Shown: positions 18,738 through 29,056 of the stretch, in pieces
How positions within the stretch are numbered: the stretch's first letter is position 1
Layout: every line of letters starts with the position of its first letter
Assembly (NCBI GenBank): GCA_022484695.1
Contig: JAKVKU010000006.1
Span: forward strand, 76,003 to 140,002
From: Lactobacillus sp.
GTDB lineage: Bacteria > Bacillota > Bacilli > Lactobacillales > Lactobacillaceae
Reading direction: 5' to 3'
DNA: 64,000 nucleotides
Translations under genes and position numbers: made by a program
Notes under the pieces: model-generated
The model's input: only the letters and a program-made list of their open reading frames with translations
Database searches by the model: none
What the model was told of the DNA's origin: nothing

Positions 18738-19844
18738 ATGGAGGGCTTTGCCATGGATTTTTGTCCAAACTGTGGGGTTAGCATAGAAGCTGATCAAAAC
18801 TTTTGTAAGAATTGCGGTTATCCGTTAACCGCCAAAGCGCGGCAAATGGTGATGGGGGTAGCGCAGCAAATGCGCTTCATCGCCCCAGACGCGTCTAACA
18901 CCACAGTGTCTGCAACAACCCAAGATCCAAACACAATGCCAAAAAACCGAGCCAATCAGCGCCCGGCGCTTGCAACAACCCCAAGATCTACGCCAAATGA
19001 AGCGCCCACTAAACGGGCTTATGATCCTTATGAACCACCACAGCGGCCAACGACCGTGGCTAAAGCCAGCCCGGCCACAACCCCGAAAAGTACCTATGAT
19101 CCTTATGGCATTCCCACGGACCCAACGCCGGCCAAAGACCCAAGTCAAGCACCTGGGGCCAGTCCAGCGGTGTCAAGTACCAGGACCAGCAGCGCGGGTG
19201 TAACTGGGCGCCGCCAGGCAATGGTATCTAGACGCCAAGCTAAAGTAACGCCAAGTCAGGTGCAAGCTACAAAAGAAGAGCCAGTGGGCTATCAAACCCA
19301 GCCCCAGGGCTATGGCACCCCGCAATCAGCGGCCCTTTCCCGGGAATCAGGTTTTGAACATAGTCATGTGCGGGGCCAGCAACGGGGTAGAAATAGCGCA
19401 GCGACTGGGCGCTCACGCTTGCTAGATGGCCTAAATGGGATTTTTGCCATTATTTTAGGACTCACCAGCTTTTGGGGCGGGTTTATCAGCAATGGCCATT
19501 TTCTCGAACCCGGCGCCACCACCTTGTCGTTAGCTAAGACCATGGCCCTGGGCGGCAGCAACTTTCGCGGCACGATGATCTTGTTGTTGAGTTTATTGTT
19601 AATTGGACCGATTGTCTTATTGATTTTTAGTGTTTGGCAAACCCACTTCGCAGCTAGCTTTAAATTGGCGGCCAGTGTTTTTTCCGTCTTAGCTTATATT
19701 GTGGTTTTTGGGCTGTTGATTGCCCAGGGCATTGTGTCCGCCAGCGCCATTTCGAATTTTCAATTCGGCTGGGCTGCCATTGTGGCCATTGTGGCGTTAG
19801 TGGTGAATTTCATCGTCAGTGTACTAGATTTTATCAATCATTAG
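18738..19844 (+). CDS. Zinc-ribbon domain membrane protein
   Basis: CPNCG...CKNCG at N-terminus, about 200-aa P/T/A/Q-rich linker, about 4 C-terminal TM. Confidence 0.8.
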   Translation: MEGFAMDFCPNCGVSIEADQNFCKNCGYPLTAKARQMVMGVAQQMRFIAPDASNTTVSATTQDPNTMPKNRANQRPALATTPRSTPNEAPTKRAYDPYEPPQRPTTVAKASPATTPKSTYDPYGIPTDPTPAKDPSQAPGASPAVSSTRTSSAGVTGRRQAMVSRRQAKVTPSQVQATKEEPVGYQTQPQGYGTPQSAALSRESGFEHSHVRGQQRGRNSAATGRSRLLDGLNGIFAIILGLTSFWGGFISNGHFLEPGATTLSLAKTMALGGSNFRGTMILLLSLLLIGPIVLLIFSVWQTHFAASFKLAASVFSVLAYIVVFGLLIAQGIVSASAISNFQFGWAAIVAIVALVVNFIVSVLDFINH

Positions 19845-19870
19845 GGTAAATTAATTTGGAGGCAAAATGC

Positions 19871-21094
19871 ATGGAAGACAAAAGAAAACTGTTGATTCTT
19901 AAAGACTTGGTTGCTATCAAAACCGAGAATAACAACGAAATCATGGTGGCGCGCTATCTCAAGAAACTATGTGATTTGGCGGGCATCTTCAATGAAATTT
20001 TGCCGATCAATGATGACCGGGCGAATTTTGTAGCTGAAATTGGCGATGGTCAACCCGTGGTGGTGCTCTCAGGTCATATGGACACGGTGGTTGCGGACCC
20101 TAAAGACTGGCAGACCAATCCCTTTGAACTGACTACCAAGGGCGATCGGCTTTATGGTCGGGGTGCCACGGATATGAAAAGTGGACTGGCGGCGTTAGTG
20201 ATTGCCATGATCGAATTAAAAGAAGCCAAGTTGCCAATTAAGGGCACCATTCGCCTGTTGGCCACCGCCGGCGAAGAAGTGGGGCAACGGGGTGCTGAAA
20301 TCTTGGCCAAAGAAGGCTACATGAAAAATGTGGCCGCTTTGATCATTGGTGAACCCTCTGGCTATCGAATTGCCTATGCCAATAAGGGCGAATTAGATAT
20401 TACTTTGACGTCTAAGGGTAAAGCCGCCCACAGTTCCATGCCGAAGTTGGGAAATAATGCGGTAGCCCATTTATTAGCGATTTTAAATCGGCTGCAAGCC
20501 CAGATTCAACAAGCCACGGCTAACCTGACCAGCCCAGATTTAGGTGAGACTATCTTTAACGTTGATGTGATCCATGGCGGCGATCAAGTCAATGCCATCC
20601 CCGCCTTGGCCACGGCTAAAATCAACATTCGGACGATTCCCGAATTTGCCAATACTAAAATATTGCAGATTTTTAAGGACACCATTGCCGCCTATAATGA
20701 AAATACCAATGGTCACATCGAAATGAACCTGGAAATGCAAACCAGCCCCATTTTGGGCGACCCTGAAGCTGACCTGGTGAAAATTGCCCAAAAAGTGGGC
20801 CGGCCTTACTTACAGGCGACCAACTATTCGGCGGAAACCTTGAATGACATGCAGGCAGCGGCTAAAGCCACCGGGATTGCCTTTTCTCCGACGGAAATTG
20901 TGACCGTCGGTGTTTCTGGGGCCACCGATGCGGGGAAGTTGCTGGCAGATCAGCCCCAAGGTGCCACTTATTTGGTCTTTGGGCCAGGGAATGAAACGGC
21001 TCACCAAGATAATGAGTATGTTTCCCAGCAAATGTATTTGAATTTTATTGAGATCTATCAAAAAATGTTACTGACGTATTTTAATCATTCTTGA
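19871..21094 (+). CDS. ArgE/DapE-family M20 metallopeptidase/deacylase
   Basis: SGHMDTV, GRGATDMKSG, GEEVG, IGEPS, AHQDNE. GGAGG RBS favours ATG 19871. Confidence 0.92.
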   Translation: MEDKRKLLILKDLVAIKTENNNEIMVARYLKKLCDLAGIFNEILPINDDRANFVAEIGDGQPVVVLSGHMDTVVADPKDWQTNPFELTTKGDRLYGRGATDMKSGLAALVIAMIELKEAKLPIKGTIRLLATAGEEVGQRGAEILAKEGYMKNVAALIIGEPSGYRIAYANKGELDITLTSKGKAAHSSMPKLGNNAVAHLLAILNRLQAQIQQATANLTSPDLGETIFNVDVIHGGDQVNAIPALATAKINIRTIPEFANTKILQIFKDTIAAYNENTNGHIEMNLEMQTSPILGDPEADLVKIAQKVGRPYLQATNYSAETLNDMQAAAKATGIAFSPTEIVTVGVSGATDAGKLLADQPQGATYLVFGPGNETAHQDNEYVSQQMYLNFIEIYQKMLLTYFNHS

Positions 21095-21117
21095 ATCCAC
21101 AAGGTAGATGACACAGT

Positions 21118-21879
21118 ATGGGACACTATCCAGGCCGGCAACCCAGCCCCTTGACGCCAGCCAGGCGCCAAGCGCTGTTAGCAAGTGTTTTGGCGGCTTT
21201 ACCGGCGGATATGCAACTCAAAGGGGTGAATTTTGCCCGGGGCAGTGCTAGTTCTTATTGGCTGTTGCAACAAAGTGTTGGCAACAAGCCCTACTGGCTG
21301 ACACTGCGTCTGGCCACCCATCCTTTGTGGTTGGCCCACGCTCAGCAATTAGAACTAACCTGGCCGGATTTTCGTGATTTTCAAGGACTGACCGGCCGCT
21401 TACACTGGTACCTACGCCCTCAAAACGTAGTTCAATGGCGCTATGAATTGTCGCCGTTAGATCGGGCGCTGCTGCAATTTTTATTATATTTAGCGAAGCA
21501 GCAATTGGTATTTTTTGTGCGGTTACCTGCGGTTTTAGCCGCCCAGCACAAGGGAGCAGTCTTTGACCTGACCCAGAATTTAAAGAGCACCCAATTGCTG
21601 TTGGGTGATCGCAATAACGTCAATCGGTTATTGCTACCCGTTAAATCAGCCCCGGTTCAACAAAAATTAATGACTCTTTATGGGATGAATTTATTATTTT
21701 CCCAGTTCACCGCCCATCAATTATTGCGATTGATGCCCACGAGTCAGTGGTTGCAAGCTATTTTACAGGTGGCACCAGCCCCCAGCAATTGGCCGGCGTT
21801 ATTGCGCCAGACCTATGGGCCTCAATTTTGGCAGCTGGGGGTGCGGGCTCTGGCCAAGCAGAAACAGCGCCGAGGCTAA
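21118..21879 (+). CDS. Hypothetical protein (no family recognised)
   Basis: 253-aa ORF filling the gap between the M20 gene and nox, same strand; no motif recognised. Confidence 0.6.
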   Translation: MGHYPGRQPSPLTPARRQALLASVLAALPADMQLKGVNFARGSASSYWLLQQSVGNKPYWLTLRLATHPLWLAHAQQLELTWPDFRDFQGLTGRLHWYLRPQNVVQWRYELSPLDRALLQFLLYLAKQQLVFFVRLPAVLAAQHKGAVFDLTQNLKSTQLLLGDRNNVNRLLLPVKSAPVQQKLMTLYGMNLLFSQFTAHQLLRLMPTSQWLQAILQVAPAPSNWPALLRQTYGPQFWQLGVRALAKQKQRRG

Positions 21880-21981
21880 AAAATTCAAAGTTCCTAGGCC
21901 TTTTAATTTCATTTTTATCTAAAAGTACGTTATGATTTTAATTGTAATGGTTATTAATAATCTTAATGGAGGTAATTATAG

Positions 21982-23334
21982 ATGAAAGTTATCGTAGTAG
22001 GTTCTTCTCATGGTGGTTATGAAGCAGTTCGGCAATTACTGATGGATCATCCCGATGCGGAGATTCAATGGTATGAAAAGGGCGACTTTATTTCTTTCCT
22101 ATCCTGCGGGATGCAACTCTATCTTGAAGGTACCGTCAAAGATGTGAATACTGTTCGTTATGCCACTGCTGAGGGGATGCGGGCTGAAGGCGTCCATGTC
22201 TTTGTGCAACAAGAAATTACCAGCATTGATGCCAAAGCCCACAAGGTTAGTGTGACCAACCATGCTGATGGCAGTACTAGAGAAGAAACATATGATAAAT
22301 TGATTTTAAGTGCCGGGGCTATTCCAGCACAAATCCCAGTACCAGGCCGCGACTTGGAAAACATCTATGCTATGCGGGGCCGGGATTGGGCCATTAAATT
22401 AAAGGCTAAAACGGTGGACCCAACTGTTAAAAATGTCGTGGTCATCGGTTCAGGCTACATAGGCATTGAAGCCGCCGAAGTTTTTGCCAAAGCTGGCATG
22501 AAAGTGACTGTGATTGACTTATTGCCACGCTTATTGAGTCTATATTTGGATGAAGAATTCACCGATATCTTGACCAAAGACATGGGTGAGCATGGTATTT
22601 ATGCGGCCACTGGCCAAACACTGCAATCCTTTGAAGGCAAAGACGGTAAAGTGACCAAGGTCATTACCGACCAAGGTGAATACCCAGCTGATTTAGTGGT
22701 GGAAGCCGCTGGCATTCGGCCAAACACAGCTTGGCTCAAGGATACGTTAGACTTGGATCAAACTGGCCGCATCAAAGTTGACGACTACATGCAAACCAGC
22801 CAACCGGATATCTTCGCCGTTGGGGATTCAGTCATGGCTAAATTTGCGGCCACGGGCAAAGAAGCCCCAATTGCCTTGGCAACCGTTGCTCGGCGCCAGG
22901 GCCGCTTTGCCGCTTTAAATATTGAAAAACCAACGCACAAATTCCCTGGGGTCAGTGGCTCCTCGGCTTTGTCCGTGTTTGATTATAAATTTGCTTCTAC
23001 CGGGGTTAAACAAGGTACTGCTGGTAAATATGGGGTCGACGTGAAATCTGTTTTAATTAAAGATACTCAAAGACCAGCCTTTGTCCCTGAAACCCAAAAT
23101 CCAGAAGTTTACTTCAAATTAAGCTATGATCCTAAGACGCGCCGGGTCATGGGGGCTCAGATCATGTCTAAAGCCGACGTAACCGCTAATATCAATGCCA
23201 TTGCCCTAGCTATTCAAGGGAAGATGACGATTGACGATTTGGCTTACGCTGACTTCTTCTTCCAACCTGGTTTTGACCGGCCTTGGAATATTATGAACGT
23301 AGCTGCCCAACAAGCAGTTAGAAATGAACAATAA
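21982..23334 (+). CDS. nox: H2O-forming NADH oxidase (FAD-dependent)
   Basis: [14 protein letters not shown] redox Cys, IGSGYIG, FAVGD, DFFFQP; terminator 23366-23402. Confidence 0.93.
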   Translation: MKVIVVGSSHGGYEAVRQLLMDHPDAEIQWYEKGDFISFLSCGMQLYLEGTVKDVNTVRYATAEGMRAEGVHVFVQQEITSIDAKAHKVSVTNHADGSTREETYDKLILSAGAIPAQIPVPGRDLENIYAMRGRDWAIKLKAKTVDPTVKNVVVIGSGYIGIEAAEVFAKAGMKVTVIDLLPRLLSLYLDEEFTDILTKDMGEHGIYAATGQTLQSFEGKDGKVTKVITDQGEYPADLVVEAAGIRPNTAWLKDTLDLDQTGRIKVDDYMQTSQPDIFAVGDSVMAKFAATGKEAPIALATVARRQGRFAALNIEKPTHKFPGVSGSSALSVFDYKFASTGVKQGTAGKYGVDVKSVLIKDTQRPAFVPETQNPEVYFKLSYDPKTRRVMGAQIMSKADVTANINAIALAIQGKMTIDDLAYADFFFQPGFDRPWNIMNVAAQQAVRNEQ

Positions 23335-23631
23335 GCTTGTTTAAGACAAGTTGATAAATGATTGTAAAACCAAGGCGCTGTGTCGGCGCGCTTGGTTTTT
23401 TTGGTCATAGGGCATATTTTTAAGGCGGGCCGTAAATTTTGTTTTGCTGGGGATTAGAATGTGCTAAAATTTATAGTGTATGTATTTGTTTCTCCCTGAC
23501 GAGAAATAGATATTTCATGTTATCATTAGATTATTATCCAATCACTGTTTCAATGCCAACTTAAGTGCGTTTGCACCCACGCAGCATTGACTGATAAAGA
23601 ATACGAATATTATTTTGCTGGAGGGAATCAA

Positions 23632-25653
23632 ATGGCACTTTTTAATCGTAAGAGTAAGGACGAACCAACCATTGCTAAAGCAATGGTTAGCGGCAGCAGC
23701 CCTGATAATGACCAAGATCAAGGGGCAACACAAAATGCTGCTGCGACACCAAAACAAACTGAAGCAACGACACCGGCAGCACAACCTACAGTACAATCCA
23801 CCCAACCGGCTAGCAGTAATACGACGGAACCAGCAGCACAACATCGGATCGCTTCTCAAACCGGGGGCGGGACGGTGGATGATACCGCCGAGCAAATTGC
23901 CCATATCGAATCACAAATGCAAGATCTATCCGTTCAATATAGCCACTTGCGGGATGGCTTAAAGTTACGAATGTTCCAATTGAAAGCTTTCTTTTCCGAT
24001 GGCTTGAATCAGCAACAGGGCACATTAGATCGGTTAAATAAGCAAATTGATGATTTGAAAACGCAAATCCGGGATATCAATAATGAAGATGACGGCAAGT
24101 TCTTAGCGGAAAAACAAGAAATCGACGCCTTGTTACCCGACTTGCAAGCAGCAGTTGACCAACAAGTGGCCCAATTAAAGGCCGTCAACGAGCAAATGGC
24201 CAAGTTACAAGACCATGGCACGGAACTGGACGACAAAATTGCTGCCAGCCAAGCTCAAGAAGACCAACTTTCTGAAGCCATCAAGGGTGAAACTGACTTG
24301 GCTAAGATTTTGGAATCCGTTGAAGCCAATAAACAACAAGCATTAACTTTAGTTGAAGAGCGGCGACAATTGGCTGCTCAAAAAGCAGAAATTGATAGTC
24401 AAATTGCGGATTTAGGTGAAGACCTAGAAGCTGCGCAAACCAACTTGAACATCAAAGAAAGTGATTTGCATAAGCATCAAGATCAAACTGAAGCCATCGA
24501 TAATCAAATTCAACGAGCCCAAAAACAACGGGCCCATAAGCTGGAAATACTCAACCAGTCTAAGGCTAAACTAGACGCCCAGGCTGCCCAAGTTTCCAAG
24601 CGGGTGGCCGGGTTTGCCGCTGACTTGAACAAGGTCAACAATCAAATCCAAGATCGCTTTGGTACGGGTTATTTGATTCAAAATGTGCAATTCTCCAATG
24701 CCTTGAACTACATGGTATTGATGAATACCAATGACACCAATGATGCGGATCAAGCCAGTGAAATTCGCTTGTTTAAATTCTTGAACCAAAATGTTTCCCA
24801 ACCAGTTACCGTGATTTCCTTGAAGTTTGATCTGCAACTCAAGGACCATTTGATCAATTGGGCTCAGGAACATCAATTTGATGTGCCTAAGATGGTCAAT
24901 ATTTTTAATGAATTACAAGCTAATGCTGAAAGCACTGCGCCAGTGGTCACGATTCATGAAAATGAAAGTATCAAAGGCGCTTGGGATGCCGATAAGACCC
25001 ACCGGGAGTTCCGCGATGCCGATGGCAATTTGTTAATGGTGGCCCAATATCAAAATAATGATCAAATCAAAGACATTTATTATTACGATGATAGTCGCCT
25101 CAGCCGCATCAGTACGTTAAATGATCAGGGACAATTATCAAGGACCCGGACGTTCCAAACTGAGAATAGTGTTGTAGACGAATTCTTCCGAGTTGACGGC
25201 ACTTTATGCTTGAAATTCACTTCTGAAGACCAAACGGTTAATAAAGTTGAAGTCTTTGATAACAACAATTTGCGGATCACCAGCTTTGCCAATACCGAAG
25301 ATTTCTATTACTGGTGGTTGGAACAATATCTTAAGACCCAAGCCGATGTGGTTTTCATTGGCATGGACAATGATCCAATTTACCGTAAGATCACTTCAAA
25401 CACGAATGTTCAGGCAATTCCGTACCTGATCAATGTTTCTAAGAATATTGGCAAGATCAAAGCGACTATGCACAGTGACCATCCTTGGCATAATGTCTTA
25501 GTAACTAGTCGCCATGATAAGTTGTTATTGGAGAGCATTGCGGATCGGGACATGAATGTGTCATCGGTCAGTCCGGATAGCGATATTGCTGATTTACCAG
25601 CTGCCTTACAAACAGATGAGACCAGTTCTTTGAATGCTGGACAAAATGCTTAA
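23632..25653 (+). CDS. Coiled-coil protein fused to a GT4 (TagE/GtfA-like) N-lobe/beta-sheet region, lacking the C-terminal GT-B lobe
   Basis: GGAGGG RBS before ATG 23632. Low-complexity N-terminus, about 270-aa heptad-rich region, then EIRLFKFL...MVNIFNELQ, YYDD..L...EFFRVDG, F.NTEDFYYWWLEQ (resemblance by eye). Confidence 0.65.
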   Translation: MALFNRKSKDEPTIAKAMVSGSSPDNDQDQGATQNAAATPKQTEATTPAAQPTVQSTQPASSNTTEPAAQHRIASQTGGGTVDDTAEQIAHIESQMQDLSVQYSHLRDGLKLRMFQLKAFFSDGLNQQQGTLDRLNKQIDDLKTQIRDINNEDDGKFLAEKQEIDALLPDLQAAVDQQVAQLKAVNEQMAKLQDHGTELDDKIAASQAQEDQLSEAIKGETDLAKILESVEANKQQALTLVEERRQLAAQKAEIDSQIADLGEDLEAAQTNLNIKESDLHKHQDQTEAIDNQIQRAQKQRAHKLEILNQSKAKLDAQAAQVSKRVAGFAADLNKVNNQIQDRFGTGYLIQNVQFSNALNYMVLMNTNDTNDADQASEIRLFKFLNQNVSQPVTVISLKFDLQLKDHLINWAQEHQFDVPKMVNIFNELQANAESTAPVVTIHENESIKGAWDADKTHREFRDADGNLLMVAQYQNNDQIKDIYYYDDSRLSRISTLNDQGQLSRTRTFQTENSVVDEFFRVDGTLCLKFTSEDQTVNKVEVFDNNNLRITSFANTEDFYYWWLEQYLKTQADVVFIGMDNDPIYRKITSNTNVQAIPYLINVSKNIGKIKATMHSDHPWHNVLVTSRHDKLLLESIADRDMNVSSVSPDSDIADLPAALQTDETSSLNAGQNA

Positions 25654-26900
25654 TGTTGATTTTATTTAAAATTGTGATCGGCATTTCCTGGATCGCGGTG
25701 GTATTTTGCTTACTCTTGCCAGCCGTCTTATTGCGGTTACGGGTGCCAGCTGTTAAGCGCTCAAACACGGATTTAAAGGCTTACCAGCTGTATTTATTGG
25801 TGCCCATGCACAATGAGGCTAACATTGCCCAGGACGCTTTGGATCACTTTTTAGAGCGCCAGCTGGATACTGATTTCCAGTACAATATTCACTGGGTGGT
25901 GATTGAAGACGGCAGTACGGATTTAACCGAAGATCAATTACGCCCCTTTGATAAACGCTATCCTAACTTGACGGTGATTTACCGTAAATTTCAAGCAGCT
26001 ACTGGCAAAGGCATGGCCTTGAATGCCGGGTTAGACTATGTTCGCCACAAAGTTCCCAGTACCCAATGGTCGAAAACCATCGTGGGGGTTTTAGATGCCG
26101 ATGGTCAAATTACTTCAGCGGCGTTATTAAAGGTCTTAAAGACCTTTGCCGCCGATACCCAACTGGATATGTTACAAACCGCCGTGGCCATGTCCAATAC
26201 CAAGCGTTGGTTAGCCTTAGTTCAGGATTTTGAATTTCAAGTTTTCAATACACTTTTACAAAATCTCCGGGGCCATTTAAAGAATGTGGCGGGGTCGGGG
26301 AACGGGCAATTTTTCAGATTGGGTAGTTTACCTAACAAGTTTGCCTGGGGTCAGACCTTACTGGAGGATTTTGAAATCAGCACTAAGTTGTTGTTGCAGG
26401 CTAAAAAGACGGCTTATGCTTATGACTTGAAGGTGTACCAAGAGGCCACCGTATCTTGGGGAGCTTATTTGCGCCAGCGGACCCGCTGGGTGATTGGTGG
26501 CTTACAATGTTTGCGGCAATTTCGCAAACCCTTGGGGCAGAATCAGGCCTTGGGATTAAGTGCGAAAGTCGAGATGTTTGCCTTTATGTTGGCGGCGTAT
26601 AGTACTATCGGGCTGGCGTTTACCAATATTGTGGCTTTGGGGATGCAGCTGTATTTCCTGATTGTGTATGGCCGCATCAGCCTGATTGTCGTGGGGATCA
26701 TTGTGTTGGGATTGATCATGAATAGCGTTTTGGCCTATATCTACCGAATCATGGCCCAGGCTAGTGTGGTTCAAGCAATCGTGATCGTTTTGACCTTGCC
26801 TTTTTATGCGGTGTTGACCCTGCCCATTGCCATTTCCGGGATATTGGGGTATGTGCAACATCATCACAATTGGGACAAAACAGACCACGGGATTCTGTGA
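25653..26900 (+). CDS. Membrane GT2 glycosyltransferase (processive, cellulose-synthase-like motifs)
   Basis: VPMHNE, EDGSTD, GKGMALN, LDADG, LEDF, QRTRW; N- and C-terminal TM; TAATG overlap with upstream gene. Confidence 0.92.
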   Translation: MLILFKIVIGISWIAVVFCLLLPAVLLRLRVPAVKRSNTDLKAYQLYLLVPMHNEANIAQDALDHFLERQLDTDFQYNIHWVVIEDGSTDLTEDQLRPFDKRYPNLTVIYRKFQAATGKGMALNAGLDYVRHKVPSTQWSKTIVGVLDADGQITSAALLKVLKTFAADTQLDMLQTAVAMSNTKRWLALVQDFEFQVFNTLLQNLRGHLKNVAGSGNGQFFRLGSLPNKFAWGQTLLEDFEISTKLLLQAKKTAYAYDLKVYQEATVSWGAYLRQRTRWVIGGLQCLRQFRKPLGQNQALGLSAKVEMFAFMLAAYSTIGLAFTNIVALGMQLYFLIVYGRISLIVVGIIVLGLIMNSVLAYIYRIMAQASVVQAIVIVLTLPFYAVLTLPIAISGILGYVQHHHNWDKTDHGIL

Positions 26901-26938
26901 AATTCTAAGAAACACTGCGAATATATTATCAGAAATTG

Positions 26939-26970
26939 ATATCCGTCAATTTATTGACGGGTATTTTTTT
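26939..26970 (+). terminator. Intrinsic terminator after GT2
   Basis: ATATCCGTCAAT-TT-ATTGACGGGTAT followed by T-run. Confidence 0.8.
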
Positions 26971-27196
26971 GTCTTCTAAGAAAAATATCCGAGTATTTTG
27001 GGGTTGTGAAAAAATATTCTAAGTTTTTAATTAAACTGAAATTTTTATGAAAACGTTATTATATCAAGGTATCAATTACCAATAAAAACATTTTATCATT
27101 TCCGGAATAGCTTTTATGAGGGAACAACAAGCTGGCTTGAGAAAAATTTATTAGATATTAATGCAAAAATATTATCAGTGTGCTACTATTTAGATG

Positions 27197-27214
27197 TTGA
27201 TAAATTATTATTAA
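27197..27214. promoter_or_regulatory. Palindrome TTGATAA-N4-TTATTAA (copy 1)
   Basis: 17/18 identical to 30070-30087. Confidence 0.55.
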
Positions 27215-27284
27215 TCCAGTAAGTGATAATAGTCACAAAACATGTGCCGGCCTGTTAGGTGACTAGAAAATGGAGGAAAAAACA

Positions 27285-28346
27285 ATGCAAATCGTTATTG
27301 GTGTCTTAGTGTTACTCGCCGTCATTGCCTGTTTAACATTATTCACATTTAAAGCGCCAAACGGCAAAAAGGCCATCAGTGCTTTATCTGGTGCTGCTTG
27401 TGCCACATTCTTACCTCAAGCTTTTCTAAGTTACGCCGTCGGAGATGTTTTCCACATTGAATTCATCAAACAAATCGGGGATACAATGGGGTCTCTTGGC
27501 GGACTTGCGGCCGGCACATTGGTTCCATTAGCATTCGGGATCAGCCCAGTATTTGCAGTTTTGGTGGGGGTTTCCTTGTTAAAAGTCAAACTACTGCCGG
27601 CATTTATTGCCGCTTACGCCATCTCATTTGTCATTAAACAAATTCAAAAACGGGTACCAGAAGGTATTGATTTGATTGCGGTTGTCTTGATTGGCCCAGC
27701 CTTAGCAAATGTAGTGGCTGCCTTGATTTCACCAGCCGTGCTCCAGGTGTTACACATTATCGGCGGTGCCATAACTTCTGCGCAACAGTCCAATCCAATG
27801 GTCATGGCGGCCGTCCTTGGCTCTATTATTCCACTAGTGGGGATGACGCCACTGTCTTCCATGGTCTTGACCAGCTTGATTGGATTGACCGGGATACCGA
27901 TGGCTATCGGGGCTTTAGGTTGTACCGGGAATTCATTCTTAAACTTCAGCTTCTTTAGAAAAATGAAGTTTGGTCCTAAATCAACCACAGTTGCTGTTAC
28001 CATTGAACCTTTAACGCAGATCGATATCATCTCTTCTAACCCAGTGCCAATATTTGCCACCAACGCGGTGGCCGGGGCCATCAATGGGATTATCGTCGCT
28101 TCATTTGGCTTAGTGATCAATGTCACCGGGATGGCCACACCTTGGGCTGGTTTGATTGTTGCCTTTGGGTTTAACCCAGCTATCAAAGTTGCCTTGGCTG
28201 TCTTGTTGATTTTAGTTAACAGTACAATTTGGGCTTACATCGGCGCTTATGTCTTCAGAAACTTCAAGATTCATACCGTTGATGAAATTCGTGGGACAAA
28301 TTCTAACACAACAACCGATGCGCAAGCTGTTCAAGCTAACGCTTAA
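27285..28346 (+). CDS. PfoR-like PTS EIIC-fold transporter (stand-alone), probable serine-related transporter
   Basis: KAPNGKKAISALSGAACATFLP, GMTPLSSM, EPLTQIDII; GGAGG RBS favours ATG 27285; first gene of the sda operon. Confidence 0.82.
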   Translation: MQIVIGVLVLLAVIACLTLFTFKAPNGKKAISALSGAACATFLPQAFLSYAVGDVFHIEFIKQIGDTMGSLGGLAAGTLVPLAFGISPVFAVLVGVSLLKVKLLPAFIAAYAISFVIKQIQKRVPEGIDLIAVVLIGPALANVVAALISPAVLQVLHIIGGAITSAQQSNPMVMAAVLGSIIPLVGMTPLSSMVLTSLIGLTGIPMAIGALGCTGNSFLNFSFFRKMKFGPKSTTVAVTIEPLTQIDIISSNPVPIFATNAVAGAINGIIVASFGLVINVTGMATPWAGLIVAFGFNPAIKVALAVLLILVNSTIWAYIGAYVFRNFKIHTVDEIRGTNSNTTTDAQAVQANA

Positions 28347-28383
28347 TTGATATAATGAAATCAAATCTATGAGGTGAATAAAT

Positions 28384-29043
28384 ATGTCAGGAAATTATAA
28401 AAGTGTTTTTGATATAATCGGACCGATTATGATTGGCCCTTCAAGTTCACATACCGCAGGTGCCGTAGCGATAGGTCGTGCAGCAAACCGGATTTTTGGT
28501 GGTATTCCTGAAGACATTACCATTCATTATTACGAATCTTTTGCCCAAACCCATAAGGGCCATGGGACAGATTATGCCATCATCAGTGGTATCTTAGGCT
28601 TTGAACCCGATGACAAACGGGTGCCCGACGCTTTAGATATTGCCCATGAACAAGGTATCAAGATAAAATTCATTGAAGAAGCAGGCGACAGCCCAATCGA
28701 CCATCCCAATACCGCTGTTTGTGAATTACGCAAGGGCGACCGGGAAATTATCGTGTCAGGTTGTTCCATCGGTGGGGGAACCATCGAAATCCGGGACATT
28801 AAGATGGATGGCTTCCACATCAAACCTAAGGGACCATTACCAATTTTGTTAGTCCAAAGCGAAAATGGTGGCAATTCTGAAAACCTTAGTGATAAATTGC
28901 AAAAGATCAACACCATTAACCATCATGCCCAATACGACGCCCCTGGCAAAGGCATTATGTATGAATATGACCTGGAAAATCGCTTGAAACAAAAAGATCT
29001 TAGTCAATTAGCTTCCAAAGACACTAAGATGGTTTATCTCTAA
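28384..29043 (+). CDS. sdaAB: L-serine dehydratase, Fe-S dependent, beta subunit
   Basis: SVFDIIGPIMIGPSSSHTAGA, GHGTDYA, SIGGG. Confidence 0.96.
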   Translation: MSGNYKSVFDIIGPIMIGPSSSHTAGAVAIGRAANRIFGGIPEDITIHYYESFAQTHKGHGTDYAIISGILGFEPDDKRVPDALDIAHEQGIKIKFIEEAGDSPIDHPNTAVCELRKGDREIIVSGCSIGGGTIEIRDIKMDGFHIKPKGPLPILLVQSENGGNSENLSDKLQKINTINHHAQYDAPGKGIMYEYDLENRLKQKDLSQLASKDTKMVYL

Positions 29044-29056
29044 GGGGGAAACTAGC

